Assembly: GCA_965248355.1 (NCBI GenBank) | Contig: OZ252098.1 | Span: forward strand, 3,904,001 to 3,968,000 | From: Candidatus Latescibacterota bacterium | GTDB taxonomy: Bacteria; Latescibacterota; UBA2968; UBA8231 | DNA: 64,000 nucleotides | Direction: 5' to 3' | Shown: one piece after another, positions 40,322 to 49,489 of the stretch | Numbering within the stretch: position 1 is the stretch's first letter | Layout: each line of letters starts with the position of its first letter | The notes under the pieces: model-generated | Seen by the model: only the letters and a program-made list of their open reading frames with translations | Databases searched by the model: none | What the model was told of the DNA's origin: nothing | Translations under genes and position numbers: made by a program

Positions 40322-40534
40322 ATGTACAAATACGAGATCATTCTCTATTGGAGCGACGCCGACAGCGCTTTCGTGGCGGAGGTGCCGGAGCTATCTGGAT
40401 GCATGGCTCATGGCGACACGCAGGAAGCCGCTCTGAGACACGTCAATGAAGCCACAGGTCTTTGGATCGATACCGCAACAGAGTACGGCGACCCAATTCC
40501 GGAACCCAAGGGCGAACGTCTGATGCTGGCATAG
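40322..40534 (+). CDS. hicB: Short HicB family antitoxin
   Basis: YEIILYWS...FVAEVPELSGCMAHGDT.EAAL...IPEPKG; GGAGG RBS. Confidence 0.9.
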   Translation: MYKYEIILYWSDADSAFVAEVPELSGCMAHGDTQEAALRHVNEATGLWIDTATEYGDPIPEPKGERLMLA

Positions 40535-40561
40535 CCCCGCGCCGCCAAGCCACCAAGCCGT

Positions 40562-40712
40562 CGCCCCACCCGATCAAGTGGCGCCGCCGAGGCGCGGCTG
40601 GAGCCGCCGGCATCGCCCCCTGCCGGACCCCCTTCCCACCCCTATCTTCAACTCCATTCGATCCATCCATCCGATCCGCACCCGGACACCCAAATGCCCA
40701 CCTTCGACTACC
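40562..40712 (+). repeat. Repeat remnant J plus ~90-bp flank homologous to the ilvD leader and first codons at 52907-53002
   Basis: ccacccgatcaagtggcgcc|gccgaggcgcggctggagccgccgg, then atcttcaa...cacccggacacccaaATGcccaccttcgactacc. Confidence 0.82.
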
Positions 40713-40728
40713 ACGGGAGAAAACAGCC

Positions 40729-41610
40729 ATGACCGAACACGCCAACACATCGCGCTCGATCACCGCCGAAACGGTGGAGATGTCCCCCGACGAGAAGTAC
40801 CTCTTCGATCTGCTGGGGTTCCTGATCGTGCGGGACGCGCTGAGCGAAGAGCACCTGAAGCTGGCCAACGAGGCGATCGATTCCATGGAGCTCAACCCGA
40901 GCCCGGAGTACTTCGGCGAGTCCGTGGCCCTGCGGGGGAAGAACAGCTCGACGCGCCTCGGCAACAGCGAGAACCTGATGGAGCTGCCGCATCCCCACTG
41001 CGAGCCCTTCCGGGAGATGCTGGCCCACCCGAAGACCACGCCCCATCTCAACACCATCCTCGGGGAAGGCTGGCGCTTGGACCACGGCCCCGGCCTGATC
41101 GCCATGGACAAGGGATGCTCCGGGGGCATGCTGCACGGCAGCTTCGACAATGCCCCCTATTTCTACCGCGAGGGGAAGATCTTCACAGGGCTCTGCGTCA
41201 TCGAGTACCTGCTCGCCGACGAAGGTCCCGGCGACGGCGGCATCAGCGTCATCGCCGGCAGCCACAAGGCCAATCTCGCCTGCCCGGCGAAGATGCTCAG
41301 ATGGGAGCAGTACCAGGAATACGTGACCGAGATCAACGCCAAGGCCGGCGACGCCGTCATCTTCAGCGAGGCCTGCACCCACGGAACCCTCCCGTGGAAT
41401 GCCGACCACCAGCGCCGCGCCATCCTCTACAAGTACAACACCGGTCACATGGCGTGGGGCGGAGGCGGAATCCAGGGGCGGCGTCCCTCCTACTGGGACG
41501 AGCTCACCTCTCCGCAGCAGGCGGCCCTGCTCCTGCCCTCCCACCACTCCCGCAGACCCAAGCCGAGCAACGGGTATACCGGGCTCGCCGAGGTGGTCGA
41601 TTCGGTCTGA
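40729..41610 (+). CDS. PhyH family dioxygenase
   Basis: KYLFDLLGF, RLDH, LHG, IAGSHK and CTHGTLPW motifs. Confidence 0.88.
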   Translation: MTEHANTSRSITAETVEMSPDEKYLFDLLGFLIVRDALSEEHLKLANEAIDSMELNPSPEYFGESVALRGKNSSTRLGNSENLMELPHPHCEPFREMLAHPKTTPHLNTILGEGWRLDHGPGLIAMDKGCSGGMLHGSFDNAPYFYREGKIFTGLCVIEYLLADEGPGDGGISVIAGSHKANLACPAKMLRWEQYQEYVTEINAKAGDAVIFSEACTHGTLPWNADHQRRAILYKYNTGHMAWGGGGIQGRRPSYWDELTSPQQAALLLPSHHSRRPKPSNGYTGLAEVVDSV

Positions 41611-41617
41611 GGACGGC

Positions 41618-42730
41618 ATGTACGACGTCATCGTCATCGGTGGCGGCGTCCTCGGCGCCGCCACCGCCTGGCACCTCGTCCTCGCCCAGACCCGGGTGCT
41701 CCTGCTCGACCGCGGCGACGAGGGACGCGCCACCGCCGCCGGGGCCGGGATCGTCTCCCCGGCCACCTACCGCGGCCACTCCGACATCTGGTACCGCTTC
41801 AGCCGGGCCGCGTACCGTCACCTCTCGACGCTGGTCCCCCAGCTCGAGGCCGAAGGAATCGGCACCGGGTTCTCCCACTGCGGGCTGCTGCTGGTGGCGG
41901 TCTCCGAAGACGAGTGCGGCCCCTTCGAGACCGCCTCGCAACGGATCCTCTCGCGCCCGGACCGGGGTTCCCCGGTCCGCGCCATCGACGCCGCGGAAGC
42001 CCGGGAGATGTTCCCGCCCCTCGCCGAATCCGCCCGGGCGCTGCACAACCCCGACGCCGCCCGCATCGACGGCCGCCTCCTGGCCCGCGCCCTGCTCGAG
42101 GCCGGCGAACGCCGCGGACTCGAGCGCCGGCAGGAGTCGGCCGACCGCCTCATTCTGGAAGGAAGCCGGATCGCCGGCGTCCTAAGCGGCGGCGACCGCA
42201 TATCCGCGGGAACCGTGGTCATCGCCGGCGGCGCCTGGTCCCGCCGCTTCTCGGACCAGCTCGGCCTCGACATCCCGGTGGCTCCCCAGCGCGGCCAGAT
42301 CATACACCTCGACCTCGGAGGCACCGACACCTTCTCCTGGCCGATCGTCAGCGCCTTCCGCGACCACTACCTGGTCCCCTGGCCCGACAGCCGCGTAGCC
42401 GCCGGCGCCACCCGCGAGACCGGCTCCGGCTTCGAGCCGAAGGCCACCGCCGCCGGGATCGTGGAGGTGTTGTCCGAAGCCTTGCGCGTCGCCCCCGGCC
42501 TGGCCGGCGCCTCCATCCGCGAGACCCGCGTCGGTCTGCGTCCGCTGTCGGCCGACGGCATGCCGGTGATGGGACCGGTCCCGGGATGGGAGGGCCTCTA
42601 CCTGAACACGGGTCACGGCGCCAGTGGGCTGCAGCTGGGGCCTTTCAGCGGACGGGTTGTCGCCGACGCCGCTCTCGGCAGGGAGCCGGGGTTCGACATC
42701 TCGCCGCTCGCGGTGGAGCGGTTCCTGTAA
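41618..42730 (+). CDS. FAD-dependent oxidoreductase (DAO/glycine oxidase-like)
   Basis: VIGGGVLG Rossmann motif, PQRGQ, GLRP and NTGHGASG. Confidence 0.9.
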   Translation: MYDVIVIGGGVLGAATAWHLVLAQTRVLLLDRGDEGRATAAGAGIVSPATYRGHSDIWYRFSRAAYRHLSTLVPQLEAEGIGTGFSHCGLLLVAVSEDECGPFETASQRILSRPDRGSPVRAIDAAEAREMFPPLAESARALHNPDAARIDGRLLARALLEAGERRGLERRQESADRLILEGSRIAGVLSGGDRISAGTVVIAGGAWSRRFSDQLGLDIPVAPQRGQIIHLDLGGTDTFSWPIVSAFRDHYLVPWPDSRVAAGATRETGSGFEPKATAAGIVEVLSEALRVAPGLAGASIRETRVGLRPLSADGMPVMGPVPGWEGLYLNTGHGASGLQLGPFSGRVVADAALGREPGFDISPLAVERFL

Positions 42731-42815
42731 CGGTGGAGGGGGTGCATGCGCCAAGGCCCTGAAGGAGCTGGTTCCTCGAGCGGTCAAGCAAGCATGTGGC
42801 GGCCTCCCCTGACTG

Positions 42816-43463
42816 ATGAGATTGACGCTACGTCAGCCCAGGTCTACCGTGGTCTGTGGATGTGTCAAATGCGCGTTCCCAGTTGGTTCGCCAATGGGAA
42901 GGGAATCGCTTGCGATCTCTTCAGGCAGCGCGTCGTTGCAAAGAGCGATGATGGAGCTCGCCTTCGATCTGCTATGGGACTCTCAGCTATTTCCGATGCT
43001 CGTTGATGAGACCTGCTTCGCTGAACCTGAGCCGCCGTTGGGTGAAGATCGAGGAAAGGCGCGGCTTGCTGACATGCTGCGCGCGTCCTTCGACGCCGAG
43101 CCTCTTGAAGACGGGATGCATCATCCAGCCGAGCAGATCATTGAAGATGCCCTGCTTTCGAGGGAAAGCCAACGTGTTCTTGAGTGGTTGAGGCATCTCT
43201 CATTGGATGCTGTGAATCCACGCTTCTCCGCTGAGGTCCTGCGGTGTCTGGGTCGACAACGGCACCCTGGGACAGCATTGTGGCGTGCCGAACTCGTGCG
43301 TGATGGGTTGGCCATGGATAGTGCAGAGATCAGGGAGGCTGCGGTTCGAGCAGCAGAGCGGTGGGGCAACCCTCAGATGCGGAGTGTGCTGGAATCCCAT
43401 TCTGAGGTGGAGGCCTGGCTCGAGGAGTACATTTCCGACGTCATAGGCGACCTTGACGGGTAG
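42816..43463 (+). CDS. Hypothetical helical (HEAT-like) protein; start uncertain
   Basis: Plausible composition, IREAAVRAAERWG motif, visibly lower GC than neighbours. Confidence 0.55.
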   Translation: MRLTLRQPRSTVVCGCVKCAFPVGSPMGRESLAISSGSASLQRAMMELAFDLLWDSQLFPMLVDETCFAEPEPPLGEDRGKARLADMLRASFDAEPLEDGMHHPAEQIIEDALLSRESQRVLEWLRHLSLDAVNPRFSAEVLRCLGRQRHPGTALWRAELVRDGLAMDSAEIREAAVRAAERWGNPQMRSVLESHSEVEAWLEEYISDVIGDLDG

Positions 43464-43600
43464 GTGATCCCAGGTCGCGTAGACCTCTGAGCCGTCACCT
43501 GGCCCACGGGAGCTGATCTCACTCCCGGTGCCATGTACGACGCTATCCGCGCTTCAGGGAAGTGGATCCTCGAGTAGTCCGGGCTCCCCCACCAACAGCA

Positions 43601-43920
43601 CCCCCCCAGACCGGCGCTCCACCGGATCGAGTGGCGCCGGAGTTACCCCCGGCCCAGAACCACCCCCAGGCGCCACACGGTCCAGAAAGAGGGTGTGTGG
43701 GCGGTCCCCACCCCGGGCGGTGACGGCGGCGCAGGCCGAGCCGAGCGGCGCATTGCGCCGGGCCCGGGGTCAACAACCACCCACATCCAGCAGGCCCAGA
43801 GACCCGAGCGCAGCGAGGGGCTCGCCAGCCCCACGAATCCACCCCAGGCGATAGCCCCCACCAACCAGGCCCGGCGTACGCGCCGCCGAGGCACGGCCGG
43901 AGCCGCCGTCACCGCCCCCT
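43601..43920 (+). repeat. Structured intergenic repeat, full-length copy E
   Basis: All modules present; perfect 16-bp inverted repeat at 43715-43730 / 43902-43917. Confidence 0.93.
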
Positions 43921-44856
43921 GCCAGACCCCCCCCCGTCACTTCTCGGCGACCAGCTTCACAGGCTTCCAGATTCCTCCGCCCCAGGGGCCGTAGTCGACG
44001 ACGCGAACGGCGATCGTGTTGTCCCGCCCCTCCGCGAGAAGCTCCGTGACGTCGATGCGGAATCGCTTCTTCCACGGATCGCCGAACGCGTATGCCCAGC
44101 CATCCATGTTGTGCTGCCCGGCCAGGTGGCCGTTGACGTACACTTCGGCTCCGTGTGCGACGGCCCCGAAGGCCAGGTAGATCTTCTTGCCCGCGGGCAG
44201 GGCCGGCGCGCGAAGTGTCTGGCGATACCAGCCGTACCCGTCGTAGGCGCGGTAACCGTGTTCATCCCACGGCAGGCCCGAGTCGATCAGGAGCCAGCCG
44301 CTGTCGTCGAACTCGTGTGCAGACCATCCCTTCCCAAGCCCGAGGTTGGCGCCGTCGGCCCGGAACCGCCATCGGCTGGACAGCTCCGTGAGCGGCGCGT
44401 GATCCGACCACAGGTCGCCGAAGGTGGCCTTCTCGTCATAGGGCACGAAGGCGAGTGGGTGTGGCGTTGGCGTCACGCCGTCTGGCGTGGAAGCGATGTC
44501 GGTGCGTCTGAGGTTGGTGTTTGCGCTTACCGGCTTGAATGCGATATAAGGGTCGGGGTTTCGCAAGGCAGGCGGATCGGGATGGGGTTGGCGGGCGGCG
44601 AGCAGGGCGTCCCGATAGCCTCGGGGGATGAACGTCCCGTGGGCACCCTTGTCCCACCAGTCACATCGATCGTTGTACACCCACACGTATTCGTCAGTGT
44701 GCCGCAGGGCCTGGTGAAGGGCGTACTCGAATTCTTCCGGGGTATAGTAGTTGCGGCCGGTCTTTTCCGAGGAGAAGTCGAAGGGCATCTGCGGGCTGAG
44801 GATCAGCGCAAAGGCCACCCGAAAGTGTTTGTCGAACTGCTCTTCCCGAACGCGGC

Positions 44857-46280
44857 GGCATTGTCCCGATCTTAGTTGAAATAGCACAGGCTCCCATCGT
44901 TACGTTTGATACGAGAAATCCCCAAGAAGCCTCGTATCGGTAACCCAAGGAGCCTGCCATGAGCAAGCTACAAGCACGGAAGAAGGGCGTCAAACGGACC
45001 GTGGCCATCGGCCCCGTGAACCGCCAAGCCACCGCGTCGATGGACGATCTGGAGACTCGCATCGAGGTCATCCAGCTGCTGATCCCTTTGGGTCTGCAGG
45101 CGGTCTCGGAGGAGCTGCAGCAGTCGGTCGAGGCCTTGGCCGGACCTCGGTATCAGCGCAAGGGTCCGGATCAGGCGTTGCGCCGCTGGGGGGCGCAGGC
45201 CGGGTCGGTGTACCTGGGCGATCAGAAACTGCCGGTCGAGGTGCCGCGCGTGCGCGATGTGGTCCGCGGCACCGAGGTCCCGCTGGAGGCCTATCAGGCC
45301 CTGCAGACGCCGAGGCAGATGGACCAGGGGCTGTTGTTGCGGGTGCTGAAGGGCCTGGCCACGCGCAACTACGAGGCCTGCGCCGAGACCGTCCCGCAAG
45401 CCTTCGGTCTGTCCCGTTCCTCGGTCTCTCGCCGGTACGTGAAAGGCACGGCGCGCAAGCTGGCCGAATTCCAGCAGCGATCCCTGGAAGGCTACGACCT
45501 GGTGGCGCTGTTTCTGGACGGCAAGAGCTTCGCCGACGAGGAGATCCTCATCGCCCTGGGTGTGACTCTGGAGGGCCAGAAGGTGCCCTTGGGCTTCGTG
45601 CAGGCGGCCACCGAGAACGAGCGCGTCTGTCGCCGCTTCCTGGCGGAGCTGGTCGAGCGGGGCCTGCAATACGAAGCCGGGCTGCTCGTGGTGATCGATG
45701 GAGGCCAGGGCCTGTACAAGGCGGTGCGGTCGGTGCTTCAAGGCCATGCCTGCGTGCAGCGATGCCAGTATCACAAGCGCCAGAACGTGGTCTCGTACCT
45801 GCCCAAGAGCGAGCAGGCCGGCCTTCGTCGAAAGCTGGAAGCGGCGTATGGGCACTCGACGTACGAGGAGGCCCAAGCCGCCCTGGAGGCGCTGAAACCG
45901 GGGTTGCAGTTGATGAACCAGTCGGCCCTGCGCAGCTTGGAGGAAGGCCAGCAAGAAACCCTCACGCTCCACCGCCTGGGCCTGATGCCGATGCTGAAGG
46001 CCTCCTTCCGTACCACCAACTGTATCGAGAACGTCAACAGTCTCCTGGAGCAGTTGACGCACAACGTGCGGCGCTGGACCAACTCGTCGCAGCGTCACCG
46101 CTGGGTCGCCACGGCGTTGCTTGACATCGAACCTCGCCTCCGCCGGGTCAACGGCTACCACCACCTGCCGATGCTCCGGCAAGCGCTCCAAGCCGAGCTC
46201 GGCATCCAGCAGCTCGCGATGACGGGCTGACTCATCCACTCGAGCCTGGGCTACGTTTCAACTGAGAATGGGACTTGCCC
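44857..46280 (+). mobile_element. IS256 family insertion sequence
   Basis: 8-bp TSD AACGCGGC (44849-44856, 46281-46288); imperfect IRs ggcattgtcccgatcttagttgaaa / gggcaagtcccattctcagttgaaa. Confidence 0.93.
44959..46230 (+). CDS. IS256/Mutator family DDE transposase
   Basis: LFLDGK, VIDGGQGL, QRCQYHK.QN and RTTNCIENVN motifs; AAGGAG RBS. Confidence 0.93.
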   Translation: MSKLQARKKGVKRTVAIGPVNRQATASMDDLETRIEVIQLLIPLGLQAVSEELQQSVEALAGPRYQRKGPDQALRRWGAQAGSVYLGDQKLPVEVPRVRDVVRGTEVPLEAYQALQTPRQMDQGLLLRVLKGLATRNYEACAETVPQAFGLSRSSVSRRYVKGTARKLAEFQQRSLEGYDLVALFLDGKSFADEEILIALGVTLEGQKVPLGFVQAATENERVCRRFLAELVERGLQYEAGLLVVIDGGQGLYKAVRSVLQGHACVQRCQYHKRQNVVSYLPKSEQAGLRRKLEAAYGHSTYEEAQAALEALKPGLQLMNQSALRSLEEGQQETLTLHRLGLMPMLKASFRTTNCIENVNSLLEQLTHNVRRWTNSSQRHRWVATALLDIEPRLRRVNGYHHLPMLRQALQAELGIQQLAMTG

Positions 46281-48286
46281 AACGCGGCTGAGGCTGCGGA
46301 GAGTCTGCTCGGCGAAGCGGCGGGCGGCGGCGAACGAGACGGGCGACCGGTAGTCGAGGCCCATCTGGCCGGTGATGCGCGCGTTGCCCGTGCACTCGGA
46401 GAGCAGGCCGTCGACGAAGGCCCGAAGCAGCGCGAAATGGGCGCCGTCGTCCCTGGCTCCGCGGGACTCGGCGGGGCCGTTGATGAAGACGATGTGAAGG
46501 TCGGGATGCACCTCGTTGATGGCGCGCATGATCTGGGCGCCGCGCTTGAAGGCCTGGTCGGCGTACTCGCGGGCTGTTCTTGTCTCTTCGTACTTCAGAC
46601 CCCCGTAAGTCCACAGGTTCGTGCCGTACCATGCCGAGTCGGAGAACAGGATGCCGGCCAGGCCCGTCCGTTTGCAAAAATCGGCGGCGACCTTCCAATT
46701 GTGCACGACCGCGTCGAACTCCGGGTCGAACCAGTCAGGTCCCACGATGCTCTTTTGGCCCGTGGTGAGGTAGGTCAGGAGGAAGTTGTCCTTGAACTGC
46801 TTCGCCCCGGCTTGAGCGGCCTGCACGTCGGCGATACCGACGGCCATGTCCTCGATTCGGAGCCGGTCCGTGCGGAAGAGCCGTCCGAGGGCCTCGGACT
46901 TCGTGCCGTCTTCGCGATGCAGCGCCGGGTAGAGGGTCACGCCGTCGAAGGCGGCCATCTCTTCCAGCCACCCGACGTCCTGGCGAAATCCACGGGGATT
47001 CCGGCGCCCGCTGCCGAACATGATGATCTTCTTCGACTCACTGATCGGACCACCCTCGAGAGCTGTGGCGGCCCCGGTCTCTCGGGGTGCGGCATACGCG
47101 GACAGCTTGCGGCGCTTCGGCAGCGCGGGGACCCGCCCGCGGACCCTCTCGAGGGCATCCCTGTAGGCCTGTGCGATGTATATGCCGTCTTCCTCCCGGT
47201 CCCACCACTGGCACTTTCCGTCCGTGTACACCCAGACGTACTCGTCGGTGTGCTCGAGCGCCTGGTAGAGGGAATACTCGAACTCCTCGGGCGTGTAATA
47301 GTACCCTTCCGCCTCTCCCCTCAGCAGGCCATCGACGTTCTCGTAGTCGCCGTCAAAGCTGTACTGCCTGTAGCCCCCGATGTAGAAGGGGAAGGCGACC
47401 CTGAAATGCCTCTCGAACTTCGCCGGTACGCGGCTGATGTCGCGCATGTCCTCTTTCATGAGGCGGCGCGCCGCGGCGTAGTCTGACGCCGAGCGAAATC
47501 CGTAGGCCCTCTCGTAGCCGTCGATGATCTGCGCCTGGCCCGTGCACTCCGAGAGCAGGCCATCGAAGAATGCCCGCATCAGTCCATACGCCGCGTCGAA
47601 GTCACCCAGTTGATCGCCATGCCCCTCGCCGGGACCGTGGAGGGACAGAATCTTGATGTCGGGGAACACCTGGTTTATCGCGCGCATGATCTGCGCCCCG
47701 CGCAAGAAAGCCTGGTCAGCGTATTCCTTCGCGCTCTTCGTACCGTGGTACTTGAGCCCAATGCCCCGGTACGTCCACAAATCGGCGCCGTAGTAGACCT
47801 CGTCGTCGAACATGATCCCCATCAGACCACTGCGTTTGCAGAAGTCGGCGGCGACCTTCCAATTGTGCACGACCGCGTCGAATTCCGGGTCGAACCAGTC
47901 GGGCGGATCGATGGCGGCGACGCCGGTGGTCAGGTGGGCCAGCAGGAAGTTGTGCTTGAAACGCGTCGCCTTGGCGCGCACGGCCTGCAGGTCGGCAATG
48001 GCCTCGCCGAAGTCCTCGATGTCGTGCCGCTCAGTCCGAAAGAGCCGGCCGATAACGTCGCTGCGCGCGCCGTGGAGGGCCTGCGGGGGATAGACCGCGA
48101 CACCGTCAAAGGCCCCCAGTTTTTCCATCCGTTCAATGTCCCGCAGCAGCGTGCTCGGGCGTCGATGGCCACCTCCCATCAGGATGATCTTCTTCGACGG
48201 ATCGATTGACTGGCCCTCAGCCTGTCCAAGGGTGTTTCCAAGACCCGCCACAGCCCACAACAACGCCATCGCCACCGGTCTCGTCT

Positions 48287-49489
48287 TCATGGTCGATCTC
48301 CGTCGAAGAAACCGGCATCCTCTTCGGACAGGTGCCGCTTCGCCTCCTCGACGACAAACTCCACCCCCAGTCCCGGGGAATCCCACACTGCGATATGGCC
48401 GTCGGCGACGATCGGGTCGGGCAGCCCGGTGACCATGTCGAGCCAGGACTCCTCGTACCCGCCCGGCATCTCGAAGGCGATGTAGTTCTGCGGCAGGGTG
48501 GCGGCGAGATGGACGTGGGCCGCCAGTCCGAAGAGCCCGTCGATCACTCCGTGGGGGGCCATCAGGATGCCGTGGAGGTCGGCGTACTCGGCGATCCACT
48601 TGGTCTCCGCTATCCCGCCGACATCGGCGGGGTCGGGGCCGACGACGTTCACCGCCTGCTTCTCGAAGAGCTCCTTGAAATGCTGCCGCAGGTAGATCTG
48701 CTCCCCGGTGTGGATCGGCGTCGAGGTGCTGCGCGTCACCTCCCGGTAGAGGTCGGGGAGCACGTACGGGACGTAATCGCCGGTGATCATGTCCTCGAGC
48801 CACATCAGGTTCAGCGGCTCCACGGCCCGGGCCAGCCGTATCGAGTCGGGGACCGTCATTCCCGGACCGCAGTCGAGGGCGAGGCCGACCTCGTCTCCCA
48901 GCTCCTCCTTCATCGCCTCGGCGCAGGCGATCACGTGCTTCAGGCCCCGCTCCGTCAGCGGGCCCCGGTTGGCGTGCCAGCGGCCGCCCGAGCTCTCCCC
49001 GTAGAAGAAGCCGGGGACGTTCGCGGGCATGCCGCTGTGGAAGGAGACGCCCATCTTGAACAGGGTGAACCCCTGCGGCAGCTCCCTGGCGGCGCGGGCG
49101 GCGGCGGCGTACTCCTCGGGCCGGGAGCCCGTTACCGGAACCGGAGAGCCGGTCAGGTAGACCCGCACCCGGTCGCGGATCTTGCCGCCGAGCAGCTTGT
49201 ACACCGGAACCCCTGCGGCCTTGCCGGCGATGTCCCAGAGCGCCATCTCGATGGCGCTGACGGCACTGCCCCAGGGCTTGAATCCGCCGAGCCGTCGGAT
49301 GCCGAGCATGACGCGCTCGACGTCGGTCGGGTCCATGCCGAGAACGAGGTCGCGATAGAAGAGGACGTGGGGCTTGAGGTAGGACTTGGAGGACTCCACC
49401 TGCCCCGTGCCGACGATCCCCTCGTCCGTGAGGATGCGGACGATGGGATGGCGGCCGATGACGGCGCACTTCAGATCGACAATCTTCAT
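48287..49489 (-). CDS. Mandelate racemase/galactonate-dehydratase-like enolase superfamily protein
   Basis: SAIEMALWDIAGKA, LALDC, WLED and IHTGEQ motifs. Confidence 0.9.
   Translation of the reverse strand: MKIVDLKCAVIGRHPIVRILTDEGIVGTGQVESSKSYLKPHVLFYRDLVLGMDPTDVERVMLGIRRLGGFKPWGSAVSAIEMALWDIAGKAAGVPVYKLLGGKIRDRVRVYLTGSPVPVTGSRPEEYAAAARAARELPQGFTLFKMGVSFHSGMPANVPGFFYGESSGGRWHANRGPLTERGLKHVIACAEAMKEELGDEVGLALDCGPGMTVPDSIRLARAVEPLNLMWLEDMITGDYVPYVLPDLYREVTRSTSTPIHTGEQIYLRQHFKELFEKQAVNVVGPDPADVGGIAETKWIAEYADLHGILMAPHGVIDGLFGLAAHVHLAATLPQNYIAFEMPGGYEESWLDMVTGLPDPIVADGHIAVWDSPGLGVEFVVEEAKRHLSEEDAGFFDGDRP

Larger units (their letters stand above)
43937..48290 (-). pseudogene. Secreted protein with two tandem GH-like domains and a C-terminal GH2-type sugar-binding domain, interrupted by IS256
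   Basis: Start MKTRPVAMALL at 48290. Removing the IS and one TSD restores a 2922-nt frame (LSRV|REEQFDKHFRVAF). C-terminus has YDGYGWYR, LAFGAV and GGIWKPV. Confidence 0.88.

Noticed and set aside
44968..46239. 423-aa antisense ORF within the IS
   Set aside because: Shadow ORF of a high-GC transposase gene, with no recognisable motifs
46669..47900. Near-identical pair as a DGR template/variable repeat
   Set aside because: No reverse transcriptase in the window; both copies lie in homologous domains and the differences are synonymous.
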